Source of the DNA: Lama glama
Lineage: Eukaryota
Assembly (NCBI GenBank): GCA_028534125.1
Contig: CM052818.1
Location: forward strand, 1,304,001-1,368,000
Direction: 5' to 3'
Length of the DNA: 64,000 nucleotides
Shown: positions 1 through 10,510 of the stretch, in pieces
How the letters are laid out: every line of letters starts with the position of its first letter
Position numbering within the stretch: the first letter of the stretch is position 1
Notes under the pieces: generated by a model
The model's database searches: none
Told to the model about the DNA's origin: nothing
What the model saw: the letters and a program-made list of their open reading frames with translations, nothing else
Translations under genes and position numbers: made by a program

Positions 1-974
1 GGAGCACCCCGCTGCCCCTGGTGCCAGCTCCAGGAATCTTCAAATTCAGTATCCGGCTGCTCCACATGACTGTCCAAGTTTCCGCCCAACTGCGTTTTAA
101 AAGGATGTTCTGACTGGCAGCCCTCAATGCAGCCTCTTTTAACTTCTCAGTAACGTGCCCATGAAACACAGAACAAAAGGAAAAGGCACCAAGCCCTCCA
201 AAATCATGCCGAATCTCAGAGGAACGGGTGATGACTGCAGGCAGACCGAGCCGGGGCTCCTGCTCCTCCAGGACACCAGTGCAGCTTAAGGAATTCTAGT
301 CTCCTCACCCTTGGGAAGCTGTCCCAACCCTCAGATTTAGCTAGTTCTCGGGAGTCTATGGATTTTTCTTAAGACTAGACCCCAAAATTGGAAGGAAGTG
401 ATGAAGTGGCAAATCAAGAAAAGCTTATAGTATTAAAAAATCAGAATAAACATTTAGGGAAACAAAATAAGTAAATTTCTACAACACAATATGCGTCCTT
501 GTTTTATACAAGTTACATCTTGAATAGGACTGAAGCACAGAAAATTCACTGTGTGTTAGCAACAGCGGTGTTTTAACACAAGCCAGTGCTGTGTTTGATC
601 CCTTGTGAGAAGCAGTGCAGGAGAATGAGGAAAAGCAAACTGAAGCCAGACTAAGGGCCAAAAGATTATGAAATCAAGGAGGGCTTCTCTCCCTGGGCAG
701 ATTCCTGCAGGGCAAGGGGGCTGGACCACGTGTCAGTGAAAGAGCTTTAGAATCTGCTGCCACCTTATGGCGGTCAGACCGCAGCACCGTGTCCCGTGCT
801 CTGGTTGTGCTGGGGCCCCTGATTCAATGGTCATAAGCGGAACCAAAAAGACTGAGGCAGGCATACATATTATTTTTTACATGCATACAACAAGAATGGT
901 GGGAAAACATTTTTAAAGGCCTGGGGGGAAAACATTTTAAAAATATTGTTTTTTAATTTTTTAAAATGTTTTTT

Positions 975-1139
975 TCCTCTTTTTTTCTTTTTTCGCTGGG
1001 GGCAGGGGAGGCAATTAAGTTCCTTCCTTCCTTCCTTCCTTTCTTTCTTTTTTATTTCTTTCTTTCGTGGTGGAACTGAAGATTGAACCAAGGACCTTGT
1101 GCATGCAGGCAGGCACTCTACCACTGAGCTATACCCTCC
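975..1139 (-). mobile_element. tRNA-derived SINE (camelid Vic-1 type)
   Basis: Reverse complement reads ggagggtatagctcagtggtagagtgcctgcctgcatgcacaaggtccttggttcaatc (pol III A and B boxes) followed by a simple-repeat and A-rich tail. Confidence 0.85.
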
Positions 1140-1169
1140 TTCTTATAAAAATACTTATAATACTTTTAC

Positions 1170-1380
1170 AGCATGATGGTAAGACCAGTGTCTTTGGAGC
1201 CATACAAACCTCATTTAGGCCCAGCACTGGGCTGGCTGTGTGACGCAGAGAAGTCTCTATAACCCCTCAGTGAGCCCTATGCATTGGATGGGAATAATAA
1301 TTGTTTCTCCTGCACAATAAGAGGTGAACTGAGACAATGATTGGCCCTGAGTCCTAGGTATATGGTGCTTGGTTGTTACA
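1170..1380 (+). mobile_element. Degenerate MIR SINE
   Basis: MIR-like core (ctggctgtgtgac ... gatgggaataataat); boundaries approximate. Confidence 0.5.
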
Positions 1381-2998
1381 GAATATTGACACATGAGGAC
1401 AGAGAAATCAGGGTAGTTCCTCTTTGGTAGTCTTTTTTTTTTAAGTACACAATTTGAATTAATCAAAATGCTTGGTTTATAACGTGTGTTCATCACAGGT
1501 CATGGGACACGTAACACTATACTTCTGTTTTGGGATTGGATGTTTAGAGATTCAGTAATTTAAAATACTTCTAGGACTGAAAGAAAACAAGGCACACCCA
1601 CATGTACACACACATAAAGGTGTGCACACTTTCCACCTGGAAATCTTATTGTCTTGTTCTGGTCCTGCAGGAGGACCGTTCCCTGTCTCAGCTGGGCCAC
1701 GTGGGTGTGGGGACTTTGGGATTTTAAAAATTACTTTAGATCTTGTGGGAGCGAGCGCTAACCCACAAGGAATGGCGTATTGTGACTCTCCTTCAAGGGA
1801 CATGGTGGGTAAATCGAAGGGATGGAAAGGCTTAGAGCTTTTTGAAGGACAACGCAAGTAAGAGGTGTGTGTTTTGCATTTTCTCTTAGTGGACTTTGTC
1901 TGCTAGTTTTTTGAAAATAACTCTGCTCTTTTTTTCTAACTTATTTTCATAGTTATTTCTTTACTCATTTTTAAAGGACTTTTGGGTTTTTTTTTTAATT
2001 CTAAGTGGAATATTTAGTTGATTAATTCTCTCAGCTAACAAAAGCATTTAAAACTATGAATCTGTATCTGAAAATACAACTTGGCTCATGTGTATTAGAC
2101 TTTATATGTTGCGTTTTCTTTCTTATTCTTTCTCTAAAGAATTTGTTATTGCAATCTTGATTTCTCTATGACTCTAGTGCTATTTAGGATAATTTTTCCC
2201 CTTTTATGATTTCCAAGTGGCTAGGTTTTCTTGTTTGGTTTTGATATATTTACTGGTTAAAATGTGACTGTAAATGGAATCTATACAATTTCTGCTTTGG
2301 GAACGTATTAAGGTTTCTTACATGCAGTCCATTTTTATGAATATTTGTAAGTGATGTGCATCTCACAGGCCACAGACCCAGGTTTGGCAAAACAAAATGT
2401 AACTTTATTTTTCTGTTACAAAACTTTTCCTCTGTTTTGAGTATCTATTTTCCTAATGGCCACTAAAGAAATAAAACCCACCAACCACACACAAATGTTA
2501 GTCACTTCCAGGTAAACTCGGCCATTTCTGGTTTTTCAGGCTTTTCCAAGTCAATTATAATTTCCCAGCCTCTTACAGGAGGTTGCACCTAAGTCAGGAG
2601 GAACTTTTGCAGCAGTAAGGCAGGGAGATCTGAATGTTCTGCGGTCGTCGCCTGCCCACCCTGGCATCCCTTGAGATGTACGTCAACTTCCCTTCCCAGG
2701 CTTATCACCTGCCACAGACCATGCAGACTTCAGCTTAGCGGCCTGTTTCCCACACTCTGAAGTTCTGGCTACTGGCCCAGATCTCAAGGCCACTTCCACT
2801 CTGCCAGCCCTGTCCCAGCCACCTTCGTGGAACCTTTTCAGACTCAGGTTCTCTGGTCCTTTGACAATCTTGATACCTTGCCGGGCTGCTGCGGGTTCAC
2901 TCATGCAAGGCTTGCTGCCTCCCTGTTCTCCCCAGAGAATCTCCACTTTGGGACCTCACGACCCTAACTCGGGGCTGACGGTGTTCATATCCGCTTAA

Positions 2999-3149
2999 GG
3001 GGAATTTCCGCCCTGGGGATAAAGGGCAGAGGACAGGGTGGGCCCTTTCTGCAAAGACCTAAGCAGCTTGCTTTCCCGACGTCTCTAATTAGAGGCTGCG
3101 GGATCAGGATCCACCAGGTCTGGTTGCGCTTTGGCGCCACCTGGTGGTA
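2999..3149. promoter_or_regulatory. Candidate regulatory element with NF-kB and CTCF motifs
   Basis: GGGAATTTCC at 3000-3009; CCACCAGGTGGCGCCA on the - strand at 3132-3147; locally CpG-retaining, non-repeat sequence. Confidence 0.5.
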
Positions 3150-4016
3150 GTGTGGCAGACCGGGCTTAAACCCGGCTTGGGATGAGGGTGCTGTTGAGTG
3201 ATCCTCTCTACCTGCCTGGGACACCCAGGAGAGCTACGGTCTTCCCAGAATCCGCCCAGTTAGATGGCTCCTGCTCTGTTGGGTGATGTGGGCACACTGG
3301 GCAGCAAGAATACTGAGGACGTCCAGTTTCCAAAAAAAAAAAAAAAGTGGACTGCGTCTTCATCACTTGGCCTTCCCCCCACACTACCAACAAAAGATAA
3401 CTTTAATCCCCACCTCAGCCCTTAGAGAACAGAAAACCGTCACCACATGGCGCTGCGACGGAATTCACACGGTGGTGCGGAAGGGTCACTGCTGGGTTTT
3501 GCTCAGCATCCCTCCACACGTGCTATGGGCACTGGAAAGACGGTAAGAGCCCCTCCTTGTAAATGTCTGATTCCCCGTTCCCAGACAAGTAGGGATCGCA
3601 GGAACCAAGGCAGCAGAGAGAGGAGAGAGACCCAACCCCAACCAGACCGCCCAGCCAGCCTGAACACGGAAGGGAAGGAGGTGGGAGAGAGGGAGAAACA
3701 GACACCTGAGGACGGGGTAAGAGCCCGAGCTTTCAGAGCTGCAAACAGGGGACAGGGCTGGAGGGGCTCCCTGAGTCACAGTGGCCAGCTTTCTCGTAGG
3801 GAATTGTCCATGAGAATACAGGCACATTTAATTTTTTGCTTACATTTTATTTGGCCTGACATAAAATTTGCTAGCTTTCTTTATACCTACATTAAAAAAC
3901 AGTAAACTTTATTGTGAAAAAATGTGGAAATTTGGGGAAAATATATTTTGTGTATTTCTCTATACCTATCTCTCCATCTATATTTTGCAATATTACTATT
4001 ATATGAATATATATTT

Positions 4017-4134
4017 TTAATGAATTTCCTAGAGCTGCAGTGACAAGTGACTGCAAGCTGGGTAGCTTAAAACAACAGAAATTTATCATCTCCAACTTGT
4101 GATAGGCAAAAGTCTAAAATCAAGGTGTCAGCAG
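4017..4134 (-). mobile_element. MLT1 (MaLR LTR), left part, interrupted by the ERV1 insertion
   Basis: tttcctagagctgcagtgacaa...gcttaaaacaacagaaatttat...aaatcaaggtgtcagcag is the typical MLT1 end; the element resumes at 10211. Confidence 0.85.
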
Positions 4135-5069
4135 TATGGACAAAAAAAGTTGCTTGTCATTTCAGTAAACAAAGAACATTGCCTATCATCCAGCCATCAG
4201 CCATCAGGCCATCAGCCACTGCAGTGCACCCTGAGGGGAATTCAGGATGGAGAAAAACAGGATACTGGTCCTTGATAGTTAAGATGCGTATCAGAGGGAT
4301 AATTTCAAGGAGCCTAGACTCTTGCATCTTCCCATACATAGAAGAGCACTAAAGTCGTTAACTTGAAATGTCTGTATTTTGGGATTAGCAGTAATCTTTT
4401 GATAAACGGCTGCATTTTTTTCTTTCAGCAAAGACTCATACATCCTGGCTCCTCCCTTACTTCCTGGGAACAGTTCCTCAGAGCTATCTGTGGACAAATG
4501 ATGTCACTTTCCACATCAGTAAATAAAGGATGTTGTGGCCTTCAAGTCATCAGCCACTGAAGCTGCCCGTCCTATGGAGCACCCGAGGGCATTCAGGATG
4601 GAAAATACAGGATACTGGCCCTAGACAGCCAGGTGCACATCAAAGGAATGATTTCATTGAGCCCAGACTCTTGCATCTTCCCATATACAGAAAAGTGCTA
4701 AATTCATTAACTTGAGATGTCTGCTTTCTCTTTAAAAGTAATCTTCTGATGTTCCAACTATCTGGTTGTATTTTTTTTTCTCTTTCTTTTCTTATTTTCC
4801 CCAGAAACCCCTATATATCCTGGCCCCTCCCTTATCTCTTTGGAACACTCTCTCAGAGCTATCGGAGAGAATGCCTCTCAGGCTTAAGTCCTCAGCAAAT
4901 CTACCAAATAAAACACAATTCTCAGCTTTTAAGTTGTGCGGTTTCTTTTTTTCAGTCAATATGTCTGAGAGGTTGCCTTCCTGGGCCATAGTCTCAATAA
5001 GGTCCTGAATGAAACATGACCTTATTGCAAATTTTATGTTGTACAACTTTTTTTTTTTTCCAGTCGATA
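4135..5069 (+). mobile_element. 5' LTR of the provirus (interrupted at 4489-4961)
   Basis: Collinear with 9608-10210 (caccctgaggggaattcaggatgga...caggatactgg...ttgcatcttcccata); ends cagtcgata just before the PBS-like sequence. Confidence 0.85.
4489..4961 (+). mobile_element. Solo LTR of a related family nested in the 5' LTR
   Basis: tgtggacaaa...aataaa...tcagtcaata, flanked by tatc/tgtc (4-bp TSD, one mismatch); the host LTR resumes at tgagaggttgcc. Confidence 0.85.
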
Positions 5070-5177
5070 GTTCTGTCGACCACTGAGGGGCCCAGAGCAG
5101 ACTTCTCTCCTCCGCCTGAACTCTGTGAGGAACCAGATCTTTGATACCAGCAGAGGCCTCTTGGGGCCATCTACGTC

Positions 5178-5510
5178 TGTCACTGGTGGATGCAACTAGT
5201 GTTCCAGGTTCTTGTCCCATCCCAGAAAGGATTCAGAGACAAGATGTAGTAGTTAAAAAAGTGAAGTGAGAAATTATTAAAGGATGGATAGTACACTCTC
5301 AGGGGAGAGCGGGCAGGCTCAGGGGAGTGGCTGCCCTGAGTTTCTTTGGCAAGTTAGCTACATAGGGTGTAAAAATGAATGGGCCGAATATTCATTCGGG
5401 AGGGAAGGGTTTGGGGTCGTATTCCCTGATTATCATCCCAACTCCACCTTCCCGAAGGGAGGAGGGATTTTTGTCCTAATTAAGTCTGGATCGGAAGTGT
5501 CATGGTCTTG
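5178..5510 (-). mobile_element. Partial ERV1 LTR, antisense, nested in the provirus
   Basis: tgtcactggtgg...ccaggttcttg...agtacactctcaggggagagcgggc resembles MER4-group LTR 3' ends read in reverse; truncated. Confidence 0.6.
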
Positions 5511-5960
5511 GATCTTCTGTTATTGACTGATGATCGTAAGGTTTTTTTGGCGGTATTAAACATCTCACTGGAGGAGTAGGTTTTCCTTGAAACTTAGTTT
5601 CAAGAAGAAGTACCTGGGTTATCCTGGTTGAAAGACACTGGGAAGCTTTTACCATGTATGTGCAGAACTTATACTTATGAGTATTTGCTTAATTGGGAAT
5701 TAAAGGAAATAGCTCCCTAAAGAGAGCCAAATTGGGAGTCTTCTGACACTCCAAAATTAATTTTTTTTTTGTGCACAGCTAGAAAAAGCCGACTTGATAA
5801 AACAGCTTTTCAGAATTCTGATCTTAAAGGAACAACAGCAACAAAAAATTCTTGTAGAGGGAACTTGCCCTTCTTTTCCTGTATCTTTGAGATGTAACTG
5901 TTCTACCTGGTCTTGGGCCCTTTTTTTTTTTTTCACCCCTGTGTTTTGTCAATTGGAAAG

Positions 5961-6472
5961 TGTCAACTGAAAAGAAATGCACAACCTAAAAGTTGAGCAT
6001 TATGTTTTATTTGGCAGATGTTCCTAAGGACTGAAACCCAGGGTGCGGTCTCTCAGATTGCTCTGAGACCCCTGCTCTGAAGAGCCAGGGGAGGAGTTAG
6101 GATATACAGTCATTTTTGCAACAAAGACAAGATAGTCGGAACATCAAAAGATTCCTGTTAATTAAAGAAAACCAAAAATCTCAAGGTAATAAATTTAGCA
6201 TTTGTCTATATATGGGAAGGTGCAGAAGTCTGGGCTCATTGAAACCATTCCTTTGATATGCACCTGGCTGGCTAGGGCCAGTCTCCTGCTCTTCCACATC
6301 CTGAGTTCCCTCAGGGGGCACCACTGGGGGTCCTGGTGGAGGGTGGGCTGCCTGCTTGTCTCCTTCCTGAGTTCCCTCCAGCTCACTGTCAAGGGTGGTG
6401 ATAGTGGCTGCTGACTTGATGGCCACAGCATCCTTTGTTTACTGGTGTGGCAGGCAGTATTTTTCATTCACA
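5961..6472 (-). mobile_element. Solo ERV1 LTR, antisense, nested in the provirus
   Basis: TG...CA termini (tgtcaactgaaa...ttcattcaca), AATAAA on the - strand, same family as 45626-46100; flanks aaag/aagg. Confidence 0.85.
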
Positions 6473-6814
6473 AAGGTGCACATTCAGTGTACATTTGGCA
6501 GCCAGTCAAATAGACTAGGATGCTGAGCAATCTTTCGGTCTGGCTGTGCCAACTTTCAGGGGCCTTTGTCATCCTAACCCTTGTTTTATCTGCCTGTACA
6601 ATGAAAGTCCTTTACTTTCTTAGACTGTCTGGTGGAGTAAACTTTCTAGATCTCGTGAAGGCATCCTTTGCACCCTCTTGTGAGGATGCCTATTGCATCT
6701 TATTGGTTTGAGTCACTATTCATGGCCAGACAGTAGATCCTTTAAATTGAAGAAACTTCTACATTGGTAAATTTTACGCAGCACTCAGTATAAACAGCTG
6801 TTTTATTAGGAAGG

Positions 6815-6950
6815 GGAGTGCGTGCTCTGAATACAGGGTTTTACTTTGAGGAATGAAATAGTCTAAAACTAGACAGTGGTGATGGCTGCACAGCATTGTG
6901 AATGCACCTAATGCTCCTGAACTGCACAATTTAAAATTGATAAAGGTTTA
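6815..6950 (+). mobile_element. Ancient L1 3'-end fragment lying in the cargo's putative 3' UTR
   Basis: tacagggttttactttgaggaatgaaa...tagacagtggtgatggctgcacagcattgtgaatgcacctaatg is a typical L1M 3' UTR motif. Confidence 0.75.
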
Positions 6951-8990
6951 ATTTTATTATAAACTTCAAACACAAAATACAGGATGCTGTAAATAATGTG
7001 AAAGAAAAAAAATGCTGTAATTTAAACCCAAACAAAAACAACGCCAGGGAAGGGAAGTAAATTTCGGGTAGGGAAGCGGGTTGACGGCGAGGATCAGGAG
7101 CTGACAGTGATGGCTGACGGTGAGGATCTGGAGCTGACAGTGATGGTGGCTGCTGAGGCGGCTCTGTCCGTGGGGGTGGCAAATCCTGAAATGGCGGTGG
7201 GCCTCCTACAGGTGCAGGAGCAGAAGCAGGAGCAGGAGCAGGAGCAGGTTCCCCATGATGGTGGTGAAATTCGACCTGGCTCTGAGTCTCCTGCAAAAGC
7301 AAGTGCAGGTTCTCCCTGCAGGGATGGTGGATTCTTATCTGGCTCTGCGTCTCCTGCAGGATATTCCTTGGGATCTGGGTCTTCCTTTATTTTTTTCCCA
7401 GGCATCTGCACCTATATGTAACTCCTCTGAATATACAGATGTTGGAGGTAGAGACAGCTGTAAAGCGTTGTGGAAGTGCTCTGGGGACTCCTGCTTGGGT
7501 GGCCCGGCACTCATTGCCCCCCCCCAACACGCACACACCCCAACCTTCTCATCTTCGGGCTCTGGCTTGGTGGGCTGCAGGGCCTCCAGCTGACTCAAGG
7601 GAAGGTTGACATGGTGCTCCAGTTTGAAGCCGGGTGTGCTGAGCTGCCATCAGCCCGGGACAGGACCCTGGGGAGGGGCCTGGATAGTGCCTGGGCAGCA
7701 GGCCTTCCCCGTTCATCTCTGGGCCCTGGATCTGGAGACCCCTCCTTTTCTGTTGGGCTCTCTGGCCAGGGAAGTGAGGTCACTTCCTGGAGTCCCCTTA
7801 CCCAGCTTCCTCCTTACACAAAGCTCCCCCCAGGACCCCTCTGGGCTGCTGACTGCTCACCCCCACCTCATGCCATGTCCATGCACAGTGACACCAACTC
7901 AGCACACTCCCCAGCCCTGGGGTGGCCTGGGTGCGCGACGGAACTGCTCCAGTGGGCTGGAGACAGTTCACAAAAGTGGCCCGATGGTAGCACCATACAA
8001 TCAAAGTGACCTACACACCAAATTGGCCATAAACATTGCCCAGACACCAGGGATGTGCATGTACCTCTGGTGAAATCTTTGCTCAGGAGACCCCAGCATC
8101 TATCATCCATCTTCTCCATGGACTTCTGACCTTTGTTCTTCCTTTTTTCAGCTGATACTTCGCTAGCTTATTCCTGGAGAAATTAGATCTCATCTGGCAA
8201 GAGCAGAATCATCTTCCCAAAATATGAGAAAAGAACAGGCATGGTCCACATCCATCTTATCTTTCTCTGCCTGCCTGGCCCCATGATGTCAGAAAAATGT
8301 GTCCCTTCCCCTGTCAGGAGCCAAACCCCAGGTAAAGGACTTAGATATAAAGGAAACCACAATATAGTTTTGAACTACAGATGCTTTTTTAAAAAAAGCA
8401 AAAACAAACAAAACAAACCCCCTAAAACAGCAGGTGCCAAAAGGCCATGCAGACCTTTTTCCTTTTTCTTCCTGGAAGCAGGAGGTAACATAGCCATCCC
8501 CCAGCCCCACCGCCGAAGGAAGACATGCTCCCCCTGCCGGCAGGAGAGTGATGGTTGTCACTGGGGGCACAAAGTTGAGAATGGGAGAACTCTGTACACC
8601 CAGACCTTGTTAAATACAATTCTCGTCCTCCTTAGCCTCCCCACACAGCATAGTTCTTTCTCCACAGTCGCCTCTCTTTGTTCAACCCAATGGAAAAGCA
8701 TTCAGGTTTTGCCACTTCTCTGGGCCTTTCTTCATTTCCTAAGGAGGGCTCCCTGTGTCATGTGCAAATTAGGGGATATAAATGTGTATGCTTCGCCCTG
8801 TGAATCTGTCTCCTGTCCCTTTAATTCTCAGGACCAGCTGTCAACTCTAAGAGGGTGGAGGTACAGTTTTGCCTCGGCGACACCTTTCTTGCTGGCATCT
8901 TTGAATTCTACCTCCCTCCTTGGCTTGATTCTTCAGTAATGCCCACATGCTCTCAGCTACCATCTTCAAAAACTCTGTGAACATGGGCTG
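6931..8990 (-). pseudogene. Disrupted GC-rich gene-like cargo with a Pro-rich C-terminus; tentatively Hakai family (CBLL1/CBLL2-like)
   Basis: Overlapping broken ORFs on the - strand, internal repeats of 6, 33 and 63 nt, AATAAA at 6802-6807 (-). Peptide fragments (GQCLWPIWCVG, CYHRATF, LEQFRR, PPKQ...QLSLPPTSVYSEELHI) are collinear with Hakai as I remember it. Interrupted by an LTR at 8312-8882. Confidence 0.4.
8312..8882 (+). mobile_element. Solo ERV1 LTR (MER34/MER39-like 3' end) inserted in the cargo
   Basis: tgtcaggagcc...ataaatgtgtatgc...ctaagagggtggaggtacagttttgcctcggcgaca with TG/CA termini; second partial copy at 13657-13900. Confidence 0.75.
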
Positions 8991-8994
8991 TGTC

Positions 8995-9335
8995 TTTCAA
9001 GGTGAAACACATTCTTACCATATGAACCAGCCCTCAAACTCTTTGATATCAATGGACCCAAATGTTCACATCTACACAGAAACCTGCACCAGGACATTTA
9101 TGGCAGCTTTAGTCATACCTGCCAGAACTTGGAAGCAACCAAGATGTTCTTCAGGAGGTGAATGGACACATAGACTGGGCTACATCCATGCAACAGAATG
9201 TTCCTCGGCACCGAAAAGAAATGAGAGAGATATGGAGCCACAGGAGACAGGTGGGGCACCTTAAATGCATATTACTCTCTGAAAGAAGCCTATCTGGAAA
9301 GGTGGTATACCTTAGGGTACCAACTACGTATGACA
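8995..9335 (+). mobile_element. Ancient L1 (L1MC-like) fragment, ORF2 end and 3' UTR
   Basis: acatttatggcagcttta...ttggaagcaaccaagatgttcttcag...gaaagaagcc matches the usual L1 3' region. Confidence 0.8.
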
Positions 9336-9607
9336 GCAACTCTGCATTGAGCAATTTTAATAGTGCAACTCTAGACATGGGAAGAAGCAACAAGGAAAAC
9401 ATTTCCTGGATCATCATAGACTAGTAAGACAGGTGATCCAGAAAATTTTCGGTTATCAACAGGGTCTAATCCAAACATTAACACATTGAGTGGCCTATCA
9501 ACAGAATCCTCGCCTGATCTAGGAATAAGTCTGCCTAGAGCCATGGGACAAATTGCTCATGAAATGCTTCCCAAACCTTGGTTGAATTTATGACCAAGAG
9601 AAAATAT

Positions 9608-10210
9608 TGTGGACAAAATATCTTGCCTACCATTTCAATAAATAAAGAATGTTACCTGCCATCAAGCTATCAGCGCTGCTGCTGCCCTGGCGGTGCACCC
9701 TGAGGGGAATTCAGGATGGAAAAAAACAGGATACTGGCCCTAGACAGTTAAGACGCACATCAAAGGAATAATTTCAGTAAGCCTAGATTCTTTGCATCTT
9801 CCCATACTTAGAAAAGCACTAAAATTGTTAACCTGAGATGTCTGTTTTTCTGTGATTAGCAGTAATCTTTTGATGTACAACTACATTCTTTTTTTCAGCA
9901 AAGACCCATGTATTCTGGTTCCTCCCTTTCCTCTTGGGTGCAGTTCCTCAGAGATACCTTGGAGGCTGCCTTTCCGGGCTATAGTTCTCAGTAAAGTCTG
10001 CAAATAAAACATAACTTGAAACTTTTAGGTTGTGCAGTTTGGGGTTTTTGTTTTTCTTTTTTCTTTATTTCTCTTTCTCTTTCTCTTTCTCTTTCTCTTT
10101 CTCTTTCTCTTTCTCTTTCTCTTTCTCTTTCTCCTTCCCTCCCCTTCCCTCCCTCCCCTCCTCTTTCTTTCTTTCTTTCTTTCCTTCCTTCCTTTCTTTT
10201 TCAGTCTATA
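9608..10210 (+). mobile_element. 3' LTR of the provirus
   Basis: tgtggacaaa start, aataaa near 10003, ends tcagtctata followed by the GCAG TSD. Confidence 0.85.
10050..10201. repeat. Compound (TTTCTC)n / (TTTC)n / (TTCC)n microsatellite
   Basis: Directly visible polypyrimidine repeat inside the 3' LTR. Confidence 0.95.
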
Positions 10211-10510
10211 GCAGGGCTGCACTCCCTTCAAGAGTGAAGAGAATAGTTTCTTCCTCCTTCCAGCTTCTGGTGGCTCCAGGCATTCCTTGGCTTGTGGTGC
10301 ATTACTCTAATCTCAGTCTTCACATGACCATGGCCTTCCCTGTATCTATCACTTCTCTTCTCTTTTAAGGACACTGGTCATTGGATTTAGGTCATAAGGA
10401 CAATCCAGGAAGATCTCATCTCAAGATTCTTAATTTAATAATATTTACATCTACAAAAACCCTTTTTTCAAATAAGGTTCACGTGTTAGTTAGGTTGTGG
10501 ACACACACAC
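10211..10510 (-). mobile_element. MLT1 (MaLR LTR), right part
   Basis: gcagggctgcactccc...ttccagcttctggtggctccaggcattccttggcttgtgg...taaggacactggtcattggatttagg continues the MLT1 from 4134. Confidence 0.85.

Larger units (their letters stand above)
4135..10210 (+). mobile_element. Non-autonomous ERV1-class provirus with two LTRs and nested insertions
   Basis: Related LTRs at 4135-5069 and 9608-10210; GCAG on both sides (4131-4134, 10211-10214); PBS-like tgtcgaccactgaggggc at 5074-5091; purine-rich tract before 9608; no gag/pol ORF recognised. Confidence 0.85.

Noticed and set aside
757..770. CTCF-like CCATAAGGTGGCAG on the - strand
   Set aside because: Mismatches in the core; too weak to call without data.
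7094..7170. AASAATITVSSRSSPS resembling the EZHIP N-terminal region
   Set aside because: Short low-complexity match, probably in the shifted frame; no EZHIP C-terminal motif seen.
8241..8939. Longest ORF in the track (232 aa)
   Set aside because: Lies almost entirely within an LTR; no recognisable protein features.
10016..10368. ORFs with SLSL, RKRK and FSFS runs
   Set aside because: Translations of a microsatellite.
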